A DNA stretch of 59,390 nt from a virus (taxonomy: Duplodnaviria > Caudoviricetes), in IMG/VR virus record IMGVR_UViG_3300036784_000179, positions 1-59,390 of that record; one strand, 5' to 3'. A program made the position numbers and the translations under genes. The notes below the pieces were generated by a model. It did not search any database. It was not told the origin of the DNA and saw only the letters and a list, made by a program, of their open reading frames with translations. Positions 1 through 7,656 of the stretch are shown one piece after another (within the stretch, counting starts at the first letter, position 1; every line of letters begins with the position of its first letter).

Positions 1-175
1 CACGACACTGTCGGCGGTAAACCCGCGCCCGGTCACCGTCCCGCCATCGACCAGGCGGGCAAAGGCCGCGGCGTCAAGCACGACCCGCACGGGACCGCTC
101 ATCGAGTGGTGCGGCGAGCGGCGGGGAGAGCCACGACGCTATTTCTTGGTTGGTGCTATGGGGGGGTCGGTTTGC
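1..175 (+). repeat. Terminal direct repeat, left copy (circularisation overlap)
   Basis: Matches 59216-59390 except A127 vs G59342; cuts through the ORF 59120-59317. Confidence 0.97.
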
Positions 176-381
176 GTGCCGGGTTGAGAAGGAATCCCCA
201 TTGCAATCTCATCGCGCGGGCCATCCGGTCGGGGATGGCCCAGCGCTTGCCCGGCACGCAACTCTGTTGCGGAGGGCCGCTGAAAGCGCCGGCTGGCGCC
301 AACACCGGTGCGCTTGCTCCGCAGATAGGGGACCGACAGGTGATATTGCCGATCGCCGATGATCGAGCCTGCTTTGGCCAT
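139..381 (-). CDS. Hypothetical protein
   Basis: 80-aa ORF packed directly downstream of 384-737 in the leftward early operon. Confidence 0.5.
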   Translation of the reverse strand: MAKAGSIIGDRQYHLSVPYLRSKRTGVGASRRFQRPSATELRAGQALGHPRPDGPRDEIAMGIPSQPGTQTDPPIAPTKK

Positions 382-383
382 GA

Positions 384-737
384 TTACTCCTCGCGCTTGA
401 TCAGTCGAGCCAGGTGCGGCCCGTGCTCGATTTCCAATGCCGTCACCGCGGCCAGTGCGGCGGCCAATAGCGAAGGCGGCCGCTCGCTGAGATTGCGCAA
501 CAGATCGCGCGCCGACAATCCGCGCTGCAGACAGTCGCGGCTGATCACGATCGCCATATCATGGACCAACGCGTCGAACGGCGCGCCGGCGCGCCCGCTG
601 CTGTCGAGAAAGAATTCACGGCCCCGCCCGTCGGTGCTAAAGCCAGTCGAGAGATGCCAGCTGTGACCGGTCACTGGATCGGCCAGACGGTCGGTGATGA
701 TCGGCCGCCGCGTTGGCAGCCGCACTCGTTCAGACAT
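384..737 (-). CDS. Stand-alone TSCPD-like (class II RNR C-terminal-like) protein
   Basis: R.RLP.RR...G...DGR.REFFL...AG...DALVHD.AIVIS..LQ.G pattern; ATG at 737 with AAGGGGA RBS. Confidence 0.7.
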   Translation of the reverse strand: MSERVRLPTRRPIITDRLADPVTGHSWHLSTGFSTDGRGREFFLDSSGRAGAPFDALVHDMAIVISRDCLQRGLSARDLLRNLSERPPSLLAAALAAVTALEIEHGPHLARLIKREE

Positions 738-739
738 GA

Positions 740-1285
740 GGTCCCCTTTCACGACAGTGCATTTCCTGCAGTGGCGGGATTGCTTTTGGCAGCGGACCAG
801 ATATCGCGCCAATAGCCGGTATCGGCCATTGGGGCGCCTAGTCGGGTGTCGATAATCCGCCGATGTCAAGCGGTTATTTTACTGCACCGACAATCCACAG
901 AGTTTTCCCCAGAAGGGCGACAAACGCGTGCCTCGACGCCGCGAAGATCACAAATACCACCCTCTTTAGAGGGGCATGTGATTATCACGTTTTGGGTTTG
1001 TTCGATCGCGGCGACAATTGGCGCCAAGACTAGAGATATCCTGGCATTTTGCTTACAACAAGGTTACGCCAACTTGACAGCCATCCTGGAACCCATTGAT
1101 TATACGAACGACAGCGAGCCCGCGGGGAATGTTAAAATATCGTGAAAAAACCGTGAAAAAAACCGCGTTGAGTATCTTTTGCGCACTGCAAAAATCTATC
1201 GCGCTTGACAACCGGCGCAGAACGCCCTGCCATAAAAGCGACATAAAACCCAAAAGCAGTTCCAGAACAGGCATGACCCCAGAAC
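740..1285. promoter_or_regulatory. AT-rich divergent promoter/control region
   Basis: Lower-GC gap between leftward replication operon and rightward xis/int operon; TTGACA hexamers near 1074 and 1205 (+) and 865 (-); palindrome GTGAT-T-ATCAC at 978-988. Confidence 0.6.
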
Positions 1286-1289
1286 AGAC

Positions 1290-1547
1290 ATGGCAGTCCC
1301 CCCGGAATTTACCGCCGAGGTGATCTTTGAGCAGGCGACGCGGTTAAAAAGCGCGCTCGCCGGCGCCGGTCTCTCGCCCGAGCTCTGCGCCACCCTCTTT
1401 GGTGCGGCTTACCTGCTGTCACTGCACTACCTATCTGACAAAACACGCGCCGCGGAGCTCGCCGAGTGTATGGACATGCTGGTCGACACCTGGATCGAGG
1501 CCGCCTCGCCCCCAGCAAATACGGACGGCGATGACAGCCCCCGATGA
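1290..1547 (+). CDS. Hypothetical protein
   Basis: 85-aa ORF, first of the rightward operon. Confidence 0.6.
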   Translation: MAVPPEFTAEVIFEQATRLKSALAGAGLSPELCATLFGAAYLLSLHYLSDKTRAAELAECMDMLVDTWIEAASPPANTDGDDSPR

Positions 1548-1752
1548 ACTCTCGGGCCGCCCTCTAGGGCTGGTCAGCGACGCCGATGTCGACACCATTG
1601 CGACCCGAGGCGATATCATGGCCGCGGTTCTCGCACTGGGAAACGCCATCGAACGGCTCGAGCGCGCACAATATCGGCTGATGGCGATGATCATCGGCCT
1701 CGCCATCAGCCTGATGGCACTGGCGGTGCTGTTGGGCCTGATCATGCGCTAA
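1531..1752 (+). CDS. Small coiled-coil protein with C-terminal TM helix (paralogue of 7105-7272)
   Basis: ATRGDI...ERLERA..RL followed by hydrophobic helix; start chosen at MTAPDE. Confidence 0.65.
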   Translation: MTAPDELSGRPLGLVSDADVDTIATRGDIMAAVLALGNAIERLERAQYRLMAMIIGLAISLMALAVLLGLIMR

Positions 1753-1770
1753 ACCACCGGGAGACCGCTC

Positions 1771-2064
1771 GTGAGCGAATTTGAAACCTTTCAAGCCTAT
1801 TTCCGCGAGCAAGCCGCCGACGAGCATCACCCCAGTGCCGGTGCCTTTGCGCTGGCTTATGCGGTGATGCGTCTGTCGCAGTCATTGGACGGACTGTCCA
1901 CGAGCTTTGCCCCAGAGGGGCTCGGCACCTTTAACGTCGATTATTTTCTGGTGCGTGTGGCCCGCCGGCTCGACGAGCTGTCCAAACAAATCGGTAGTCT
2001 CGACCCCCCCGAGGCCGCCGAATTGCTGCGCCGCCGGCCGGCGGGAAAGGGGCAGCGCAAATAA
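1771..2064 (+). CDS. Hypothetical protein
   Basis: 97-aa ORF, GGGAG RBS before GTG. Confidence 0.65.
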   Translation: MSEFETFQAYFREQAADEHHPSAGAFALAYAVMRLSQSLDGLSTSFAPEGLGTFNVDYFLVRVARRLDELSKQIGSLDPPEAAELLRRRPAGKGQRK

Positions 2065-2074
2065 GGAGGTTGAA

Positions 2075-2467
2075 GTGGCCGTACATTCCCCCCAAATTTG
2101 GACGGTCGAGGAGATCGCCGCGCGCTACAAATACACCACCCGGCACATCTTTGAGTTGATCCGCCGCCACAAATTGCCGGTGCTCGGCACGAAAACGCAG
2201 ATCCGCTTTGACGAGACCGCGGTCGCCGCTTTGGAGGAAGCCATTCGATGCCCCTCACCATCGTCCGACGACGAAATCGGGCCGGAGCCCTCACGATCTC
2301 GGGGTCGGTCGACGGGCAGCGGGTACAACGCCGTGCTGGATCGAATGACCCAAAGGTTGCAGCAAAAGAAGCCGCCCTCCTCGAAGCCGAGCTCCTCAAC
2401 CAACGATACCACGGCAAACGTCGTGGGGTTTGGAGTTTCGCGTTTGCCGCAGAACAGTACGAGCTAG
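2075..2467 (+). CDS. xis: Excisionase-like HTH protein overlapping the integrase 5' end
   Basis: AAGGAGG RBS before GTG 2075; WTVEEIAARYKYTTRHIFELIRRHKLP..G...IRF is an HTH_17/MerR-like xis signature; directly upstream of int. Confidence 0.8.
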   Translation: MAVHSPQIWTVEEIAARYKYTTRHIFELIRRHKLPVLGTKTQIRFDETAVAALEEAIRCPSPSSDDEIGPEPSRSRGRSTGSGYNAVLDRMTQRLQQKKPPSSKPSSSTNDTTANVVGFGVSRLPQNSTS

Positions 2468-3336
2468 CCACCGCACCGAGCAGTGCCACGGTCAAGCGGT
2501 TGGCCCGCTTGATCACGGCCGTCGGCGACACCCCGTTGCGCGAGATGACCCAAGAGACCTTGAACCGGTTGCAGCGCAAATTGTTGCGCCCCAACCCGGC
2601 ACCGGCGACGGTGTTGCGCGAGATCATCACCCCGGTGCGCGCGGTGGTCAATTATGCGGTCGAGCAGGGTGAGGCCGACCCGATCCGCTTGCGCTCGCCG
2701 CGGGTTCCCAAAGGCCGCACGCTCTATTTGTTGCCGCACGAGGCCCAGCGTCTGGTCGCTGCCGCCGCCCCGCATCTCAAACCCTTGTTGGTCTTTCTGT
2801 TGGGCACCGGGGCCAGGCTCAGCGAAGCGCTCGAGCTCGACTGGCGCGATGTCGGATTGAGCGAGGGCCGGGTCAGTCTACGCAAGACCAAAAACGGCCG
2901 GGAACGGCATGCCCATCTGCCGCCCCATGCGGTCGCCACCCTGGCCAATCTTAAAGACCGCGAGGGGCCGGTGTTTTGCTGGACCCGGCGCCGCGGCGGT
3001 GGCGAGTTGAGGCGCGCTTACGCCGCCGCGGCGCGGGCCGAGCGCGATGGCGGCGGCCAAATCAAACGCGCCTTTCAAGGTGCGGTGCGGCGCTCGGGGC
3101 TCGCTATTCCGGGGCTCAGCCCGCATGTATTGCGGCACACCTGGGCGAGCTGGCACTACGCGACCTACAAGGACCTGTTGCGATTGCAGATCGAGGGCAA
3201 TTGGTCGTCGATCAACCTCGTCGTGCGCTACGCTCATCTGTTGCCCGAGGGTCAAGAGGCGGCGATCGCGGCGTTTTGGAGCCATGGCAGCGAACGAGGT
3301 GACGAAACCCCGGTCGAGCGCCGGCAGACAGCCTGA
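2248..3336 (+). CDS. int: Tyrosine integrase
   Basis: TGARLSEAL (catalytic R), KTKNG, HVLRHTWASW (HxxR), GNWSS...VRYAH (catalytic Y); adjacent tRNA-derived attP. Confidence 0.95.
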   Translation: MPLTIVRRRNRAGALTISGSVDGQRVQRRAGSNDPKVAAKEAALLEAELLNQRYHGKRRGVWSFAFAAEQYELATAPSSATVKRLARLITAVGDTPLREMTQETLNRLQRKLLRPNPAPATVLREIITPVRAVVNYAVEQGEADPIRLRSPRVPKGRTLYLLPHEAQRLVAAAAPHLKPLLVFLLGTGARLSEALELDWRDVGLSEGRVSLRKTKNGRERHAHLPPHAVATLANLKDREGPVFCWTRRRGGGELRRAYAAAARAERDGGGQIKRAFQGAVRRSGLAIPGLSPHVLRHTWASWHYATYKDLLRLQIEGNWSSINLVVRYAHLLPEGQEAAIAAFWSHGSERGDETPVERRQTA

Positions 3337-3349
3337 TCGGGAGAACCCG

Positions 3350-3634
3350 ATGATCGACGATGATTTGCGGGAATTATTCCCCGAAGCCGAACAGGCGGGC
3401 GACAAGGTCCTGCAAGCGCTCAGAACAGGCAAAATTCACGCCTGGAAAGACGGCAAGCAGCTCTCGAAGCGTTTTTGGCGCGGCAAGGATCTGGCCGACC
3501 TGATGCGCAGCGGATGTAGCTTTAAACCGTCCGAAGTGATCGCGGCGTTTCCGCCGTCGGTGCGGCCGGGGCAACCGGTGGCGGCGCAGTTTGGCACAAA
3601 ATCCGTCCGTATCGTGCGGGGCGGCGGTGCGTGA
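3350..3634 (+). CDS. Hypothetical protein (cassette 1), 94 aa
   Basis: ATG and GGGAG RBS supplied by repeat copy 1; stop overlaps the start of repeat copy 2. Confidence 0.7.
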   Translation: MIDDDLRELFPEAEQAGDKVLQALRTGKIHAWKDGKQLSKRFWRGKDLADLMRSGCSFKPSEVIAAFPPSVRPGQPVAAQFGTKSVRIVRGGGA

Positions 3635-3681
3635 GGAAACCCCGGCCGAGCGCCGGCAGATGGCCTGATCGGGAGGAACAA

Positions 3682-3927
3682 ATGAAGTCGTATCCCAAGA
3701 AGCAGCTTCAGCCTGGTGACAAGGAGGCGCCGCTCAGTGGCACGCCGTTGAGCGAGTGGCCGATCCTCAAGCGGGCGCAGATCGCCGAGCTCAATTACCG
3801 CAATATTCGCACCGTCGAGGACCTCGCCGACTTGTCTGATCTGGCGGTGCAAAACCTCGGCCTCGGCGGCCAGATACTGCGAGCCCGCGCGTGCGCCTAT
3901 CTCGGCAGGCCTTGGCCACCAAATTGA
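3682..3927 (+). CDS. Truncated copy of an internal domain of late gene 34028-34801 (cassette 2), 81 aa
   Basis: KEAPLSGTPLSEWPILKRAQIAELNYRNIRTVEDL..LSDLAVQNLG shared; GGAGG RBS from repeat copy 2. Confidence 0.8.
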   Translation: MKSYPKKQLQPGDKEAPLSGTPLSEWPILKRAQIAELNYRNIRTVEDLADLSDLAVQNLGLGGQILRARACAYLGRPWPPN

Positions 3928-3938
3928 CTGGCGAAAAC
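3720..3938 (+). repeat. Long dispersed inverted repeat with 34340-34571
   Basis: 6 mismatches over the first 185 nt, then a net 13-nt deletion, then ~30 nt more identity. Confidence 0.95.
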
Positions 3939-3990
3939 CCGTGACGAGACCCCGGCCGAGCGCCGGCAGACAGCCTGATAGGAGGAACCG

Positions 3991-4161
3991 ATGATCGAAT
4001 GGTTGATGGTGGTGTATTTGATGGACACCCACGAGCCGACCGGCACCCGCCACGTCTTTCCCGACCAAGAGGCGTGCGAGAGCGCGCGGAAATACTGGCA
4101 AGACTGGCAAGCCCAGACGTCTGGAACCTACGCGATCTGCAAGCCTGTGACCAGACTGTGA
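3991..4161 (+). CDS. Small protein with hydrophobic N-terminus and two Cys (cassette 3), 56 aa, absent from the ORF track
   Basis: AGGAGG RBS; MIEWLMVVYLMDTHEPTGTRHVFPDQEACESARKYWQDWQAQTSGTYAICKPVTRL*. Confidence 0.75.
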   Translation: MIEWLMVVYLMDTHEPTGTRHVFPDQEACESARKYWQDWQAQTSGTYAICKPVTRL

Positions 4162-4166
4162 CCAGG
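4145..4166 (+). repeat. Putative integrase arm-type sites (left arm), 2 x 11 bp
   Basis: CTGTGACCAGA CTGTGACCAGG about 60 nt left of the att core. Confidence 0.75.
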
Positions 4167-4223
4167 CCCCGCCCGAAAGCCCCAAGCGCCTGATATTGCG
4201 TGCTAAAAACCACTAGGTTCGGG

Positions 4224-4271
4224 CCCTTGGTAAGGGAGAGGTCGTAGGTTCGATACCCACCGGCAGCACCA
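4224..4271 (+). tRNA. 3' half of tRNA-Thr(GGT) serving as attP core (not a full tRNA)
   Basis: CCCT-TGGTAA-GGGAG anticodon arm, AGGTC variable loop, GGTTCGA T-loop, acceptor strand CGGCAGC-A-CCA; no D-arm or 5' acceptor strand upstream. Confidence 0.9.
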
Positions 4272-4378
4272 GCCTAACCCCTCGAAAAATCGCAGGTTCT
4301 TCAAGATCTTAGACCATCCCGCCAACGACCGAGAGAAGCCTCGCTCGACAGATCAAAACGGCAACATACCGCCAAACC

Positions 4379-4411
4379 CCGTGACCATCCTGTGACCACG
4401 CTGTGACCGCT
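4379..4411 (+). repeat. Putative integrase arm-type sites (right arm), 3 x 11 bp
   Basis: CCGTGACCATC CTGTGACCACG CTGTGACCGCT, same motif as the left arm. Confidence 0.75.
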
Positions 4412-4480
4412 ACGGCAGGGCGGGCGAGTCCCCCGCCGCGTCTGTTCTTTAGTTGTTCTCATCCTCAGGGAGTGATCAAA

Positions 4481-5233
4481 ATGGAGTTTGATCCGCGCGA
4501 GATCATCGAGGGTGTGCCGATCCGCCGGGTGCGGGATTGCCTGACCGCCGGCCAGATCGGCGAATTTGACGCGGTCTACCTGCAAGCTTGGCTCGGGCTA
4601 AAGAGCAAGATCGCGGCCCAGCGCTGGGCGATCGCCGCCATGCAGCGCGGACTGATCGAGCCGGGCCACCGCCCCAAGGAGTGGCGGGTCGCCAGCCTTG
4701 GCAAGAGCCTGGCCAACGCGCGATTTCTACCGCGCCTCAACCGCGCCAAAGCCGAGCGGCTGATCAGCGAGCTCGTCGAGCGGATCCGGCTCAGCGCGAT
4801 CAATTGCGCGCGCGAAGGTTACATCGAGGAGGTCGCCGCCGTCGCGCTCTTTGGCAGCTGCTATGCTCTCGACGAGGCCGACAATTTTGGCGATGTCGAT
4901 GTGCTCTTGGCTTGTCGAAGGCTCGCCGAATTCGCCGACCACAAAAGGTTCGTCGCCCATTGCCAGGCTCTGTTTGATCACGACGGCCGCACCAGCCGCA
5001 ACATCGCCGATGAATATGCCTGGCCGTCCCTAAAGTTGCGCCGCGCGCTCAAGGCCCGCAACCCCTACATCTCGCTGCACAATGTGGAGACCGAAGAGCT
5101 GACCAAGGATCTCGACCGCGTCCGCATCGTCTATTTGTTGCCCGATGGCGTGCTGACCGATCCCTGGCGCTGTACGGGACAAGAGTTTCTTGGCTTGCTC
5201 AAGGTCTCTCTGGGGATTGACGTGTTCTACTAA
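4481..5233 (+). CDS. Nucleotidyltransferase-fold protein (pol-beta/MNT-like) with probable N-terminal winged helix
   Basis: VALFGS...FGDVDVLL motif (GS + DxD); GGGAG RBS before ATG 4481. Confidence 0.7.
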   Translation: MEFDPREIIEGVPIRRVRDCLTAGQIGEFDAVYLQAWLGLKSKIAAQRWAIAAMQRGLIEPGHRPKEWRVASLGKSLANARFLPRLNRAKAERLISELVERIRLSAINCAREGYIEEVAAVALFGSCYALDEADNFGDVDVLLACRRLAEFADHKRFVAHCQALFDHDGRTSRNIADEYAWPSLKLRRALKARNPYISLHNVETEELTKDLDRVRIVYLLPDGVLTDPWRCTGQEFLGLLKVSLGIDVFY

Positions 5234-5270
5234 TCCCGCAGATCACCCCGGCGCCACCATGATCGAGAAA

Positions 5271-5295
5271 GGCCGCGCCCCCGCGAGGCGCGGCC
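5271..5295. terminator. Hairpin between convergent genes
   Basis: GGCCGCGCC-N7-GGCGCGGCC; TTTCT follows on the minus strand. Confidence 0.5.
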
Positions 5296-5404
5296 CGGGA
5301 ACGTGCTTTTTAGGGGCGCCGGCGGCGCCCGCTGCGCCGCTCACGCGCCGAAGTGCCTACCGGGACCGGAGGCTCGGGCTCCGGCGGTGACCCCGGAGGC
5401 TCGG

Positions 5405-6079
5405 CTAAGGGGCCGGCTTAGGCTCCGGCACACCGCTCGGCGGCGGCTTGAGCGGATCTTCGATCAGAAACCAACAATCGCCATACCCAACGACGTTGAC
5501 GTAGATCAAAGCCTTGTTCCCCGTCGACGGCTGGTCTGGCGGCAGGTAGATCGGATGCGAAGGGGTCAGGCCATTGCCCGGCGGGGGTATCTCCTCACCA
5601 GGTGGAATGACGATCGGGTGCGCCGGCCCGCCGCCGGGGGCGATCGGGTGTGCGGGATATCCGGGTGACGGCCAGATTTCCACGGGCGGCAACACGATAG
5701 GGTGCGCCGGAACCCCCGGTGCAATCGCATCGGGCGGCAGCACGATCGGGTGCGCCGGATGCCCGGGTGACGGCCAAATTTCCGGCGGCAGATAGATTGG
5801 ATGCGCAGGTACGCCCGGAGCAATTGCCCCGGGCGGTATCACAATGGGATGCGCCGGAAAGACCGGCAGGTAAATCGGGTGCGCCGGTACGCCCGGGGCA
5901 ATTGCGTCGGGCGGTATTACAATGGGGTGCGCCGGCCCGCCGCCGGGGGCGATCGGGTGTGCGGGATGCCCGGGTGACGGCCAGATTTCCACGGGCGGCC
6001 CGCCCGGCATTGGACCGCCGCCGACCTCCAGACCCGTGTAAGTCATTGTCCCGATAATGGTTACCGGAATAGATGCCAT
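5405..6079 (-). CDS. Proline-rich PAHPI-repeat protein
   Basis: Ten P(A/S)HPIxxP repeats; AAGGA RBS. Confidence 0.85.
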   Translation of the reverse strand: MASIPVTIIGTMTYTGLEVGGGPMPGGPPVEIWPSPGHPAHPIAPGGGPAHPIVIPPDAIAPGVPAHPIYLPVFPAHPIVIPPGAIAPGVPAHPIYLPPEIWPSPGHPAHPIVLPPDAIAPGVPAHPIVLPPVEIWPSPGYPAHPIAPGGGPAHPIVIPPGEEIPPPGNGLTPSHPIYLPPDQPSTGNKALIYVNVVGYGDCWFLIEDPLKPPPSGVPEPKPAP

Positions 6080-6388
6080 TATTTCGTTTCCTTTTCACTG
6101 GGAAAGCGCGAGGCCCCTCGCGCGGAGTACTCCCAACCCAGGCACCCACAGGGGCCTGCAGGTGCCGCCCTACCCTCTGCCAGACGGGGACCCCCGCCGG
6201 GCATACCTCGGGTTCCAAAGAAATTTGGGAAAAACGTTGATCTTGCCGGTCGTGGTTTGGCTGGCGATGCGGGGCGCTGTCGTCCTGGTGACGCGCTAGA
6301 CAACCGCCGGCGAAATGGCGTAACCCAGGGTCAACGCGATCCTCGCGCGTGCATCCCTCGGTTACAACCGTTTCAAAGGCACACCCTG

Positions 6389-7066
6389 ATGAAAACCCCC
6401 CTCCTCGCCGGTGCCGCCGCAATCGGATTGCTCGCCGCCCCCACGGCACAGGCCGACCTGGCCTTGACCGTCAGCGACAACGGCGTACCAATCGCCGGTT
6501 GCGCCACCACCACCCCCTCACCGCTCTCGATCACCTGCTCAAATGCCAATTTTAGCGCAATCCAGGTTGTCTCGCAGGGTGTCCCGACCCTGCCTTCGCC
6601 CGATCTCGGGACGATCTCGATCTCGGCGACCGCCGGCCCATTGGCCGCCGCGCACGACCTCGATTTGAGGATTGTGCAGACCGGGCTCAGCGACTTTCCG
6701 GGCGGCCCATCATCGACCACCTTTGCGCAAAATTCGCTAATCGGCATTCCCGGGCCGGCGAGCTATCACATGATCTTTGACGGAGTCGACATCGCCGACG
6801 CGATCTTGCCGCGGAGCCTCGACCCGCAGACCGCCGGCCCGTTCCTGGTCAACCTCGCGGCGGTCTCAAGCGCCTTTACCGACAGCCAAGAGATCATCGC
6901 GACCTTTGGCCCGTCGCTGCAGACCCAGCAATTGCAGTCGAACGCGCAGTTTCAGGTCATCTCACCCGCGCCCGAGCCGACCTCGCTCGCACTTCTGGGG
7001 GCGGCACTCCTCGGCATGGGTTGGCTGACCCGGCGGCGCCGAGGTGCCGATCAAGCATCGTGGTGA
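6389..7066 (+). CDS. PEP-CTERM sorting-signal surface protein
   Basis: Signal peptide MKTPLLAGAAAIGLLAAPTAQA; C-terminal APEPTSLALLGAALLGMGWLTRRRR. Confidence 0.92.
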   Translation: MKTPLLAGAAAIGLLAAPTAQADLALTVSDNGVPIAGCATTTPSPLSITCSNANFSAIQVVSQGVPTLPSPDLGTISISATAGPLAAAHDLDLRIVQTGLSDFPGGPSSTTFAQNSLIGIPGPASYHMIFDGVDIADAILPRSLDPQTAGPFLVNLAAVSSAFTDSQEIIATFGPSLQTQQLQSNAQFQVISPAPEPTSLALLGAALLGMGWLTRRRRGADQASW

Positions 7067-7104
7067 TCGCTAGCGCCGATCAGCGACAGGCTCGCTTTGC
7101 CGCG

Positions 7105-7272
7105 ATGACAGAGCCCGATGAGTCCGCGACAAAACCTGACATTTTGGCGGTGATTACCGCCGTCGAACGGTTGGAGCGCGCGCACATCCGGCTGATCGCA
7201 ATACTCATCGGCCTCACCGGCGGCACATTGCTCGTCGCGGTGCTGATTTTCGCCTTTTTGTTGAGGTTATGA
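7105..7272 (+). CDS. Small membrane protein, paralogue of 1531-1752
   Basis: MTEPDE.ATKPDI...ERLERAHIRL plus TM helix. Confidence 0.6.
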   Translation: MTEPDESATKPDILAVITAVERLERAHIRLIAILIGLTGGTLLVAVLIFAFLLRL

Positions 7273-7285
7273 CGACCGCTTGACT

Positions 7286-7648
7286 TCACGGGGTCTGGGT
7301 CTGGCCGGCAAGCACATAGCCCGCAATCGCGGCAATCGCGGCGATCGCCGCACTCCCCTGAATTTTATCGTCGATCGCCAAAATCACGATCGCCGGCACG
7401 ATGATCAGCAACGCCATCGCGCGCTGCAGCAATTGCCCGTGTGTGACGATCTTCGAAATCTCAACCATCGCATCGGTCGGCGCTTGAAAAAAAGCCACGC
7501 CGACGATCAGCGTGGCCGAGACAAACACCAACGCCAGCAGTCCAACGCATGGCCACGCCAACGCCACCAGCAATTTGCTGCCATTAGTGGCGTTTGGCGA
7601 CCCCGCGGGAGCCGCCGGGGCCCCCGGCGCCTCGTTAGGCGACAACAC
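7286..7648 (-). CDS. Membrane protein with ~3 TM helices (holin candidate)
   Basis: Three hydrophobic stretches; last gene of the late operon; holin role is only a guess. Confidence 0.55.
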   Translation of the reverse strand: MLSPNEAPGAPAAPAGSPNATNGSKLLVALAWPCVGLLALVFVSATLIVGVAFFQAPTDAMVEISKIVTHGQLLQRAMALLIIVPAIVILAIDDKIQGSAAIAAIAAIAGYVLAGQTQTP

Positions 7649-7656
7649 CGCCTCGT

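Larger units (their letters stand above)
3299..3998 (+). repeat. Three dispersed ~55-bp direct repeats (3299-3357, 3631-3684, 3941-3998) made of the int 3' end plus RBS plus ATG
   Basis: Consensus GTGACGAAACCCCGGCCGAGCGCCGGCAGACAGCCTGATCGGGAGGAAC..ATGA; starts spaced 332 and 310 nt apart. Confidence 0.95.

Noticed and set aside
1-175. Biological terminal repeat of the virion DNA
   Set aside because: It falls in the middle of an early gene far from terS; more likely an assembly overlap of a circular or permuted genome
3720-3938. Diversity-generating retroelement TR/VR pair with 34340-34571
   Set aside because: No reverse transcriptase in the genome and mismatches are not adenine-specific
3299-3998. 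CRISPR array or classical integron
   Set aside because: Intervening segments are ~260-280 nt and coding; repeats lack attC R-box and hairpin structure; the integrase looks like a phage Int with xis and a tRNA attP
4200-4271. Complete phage-encoded tRNA-Thr gene
   Set aside because: 5' acceptor strand and D-arm are missing
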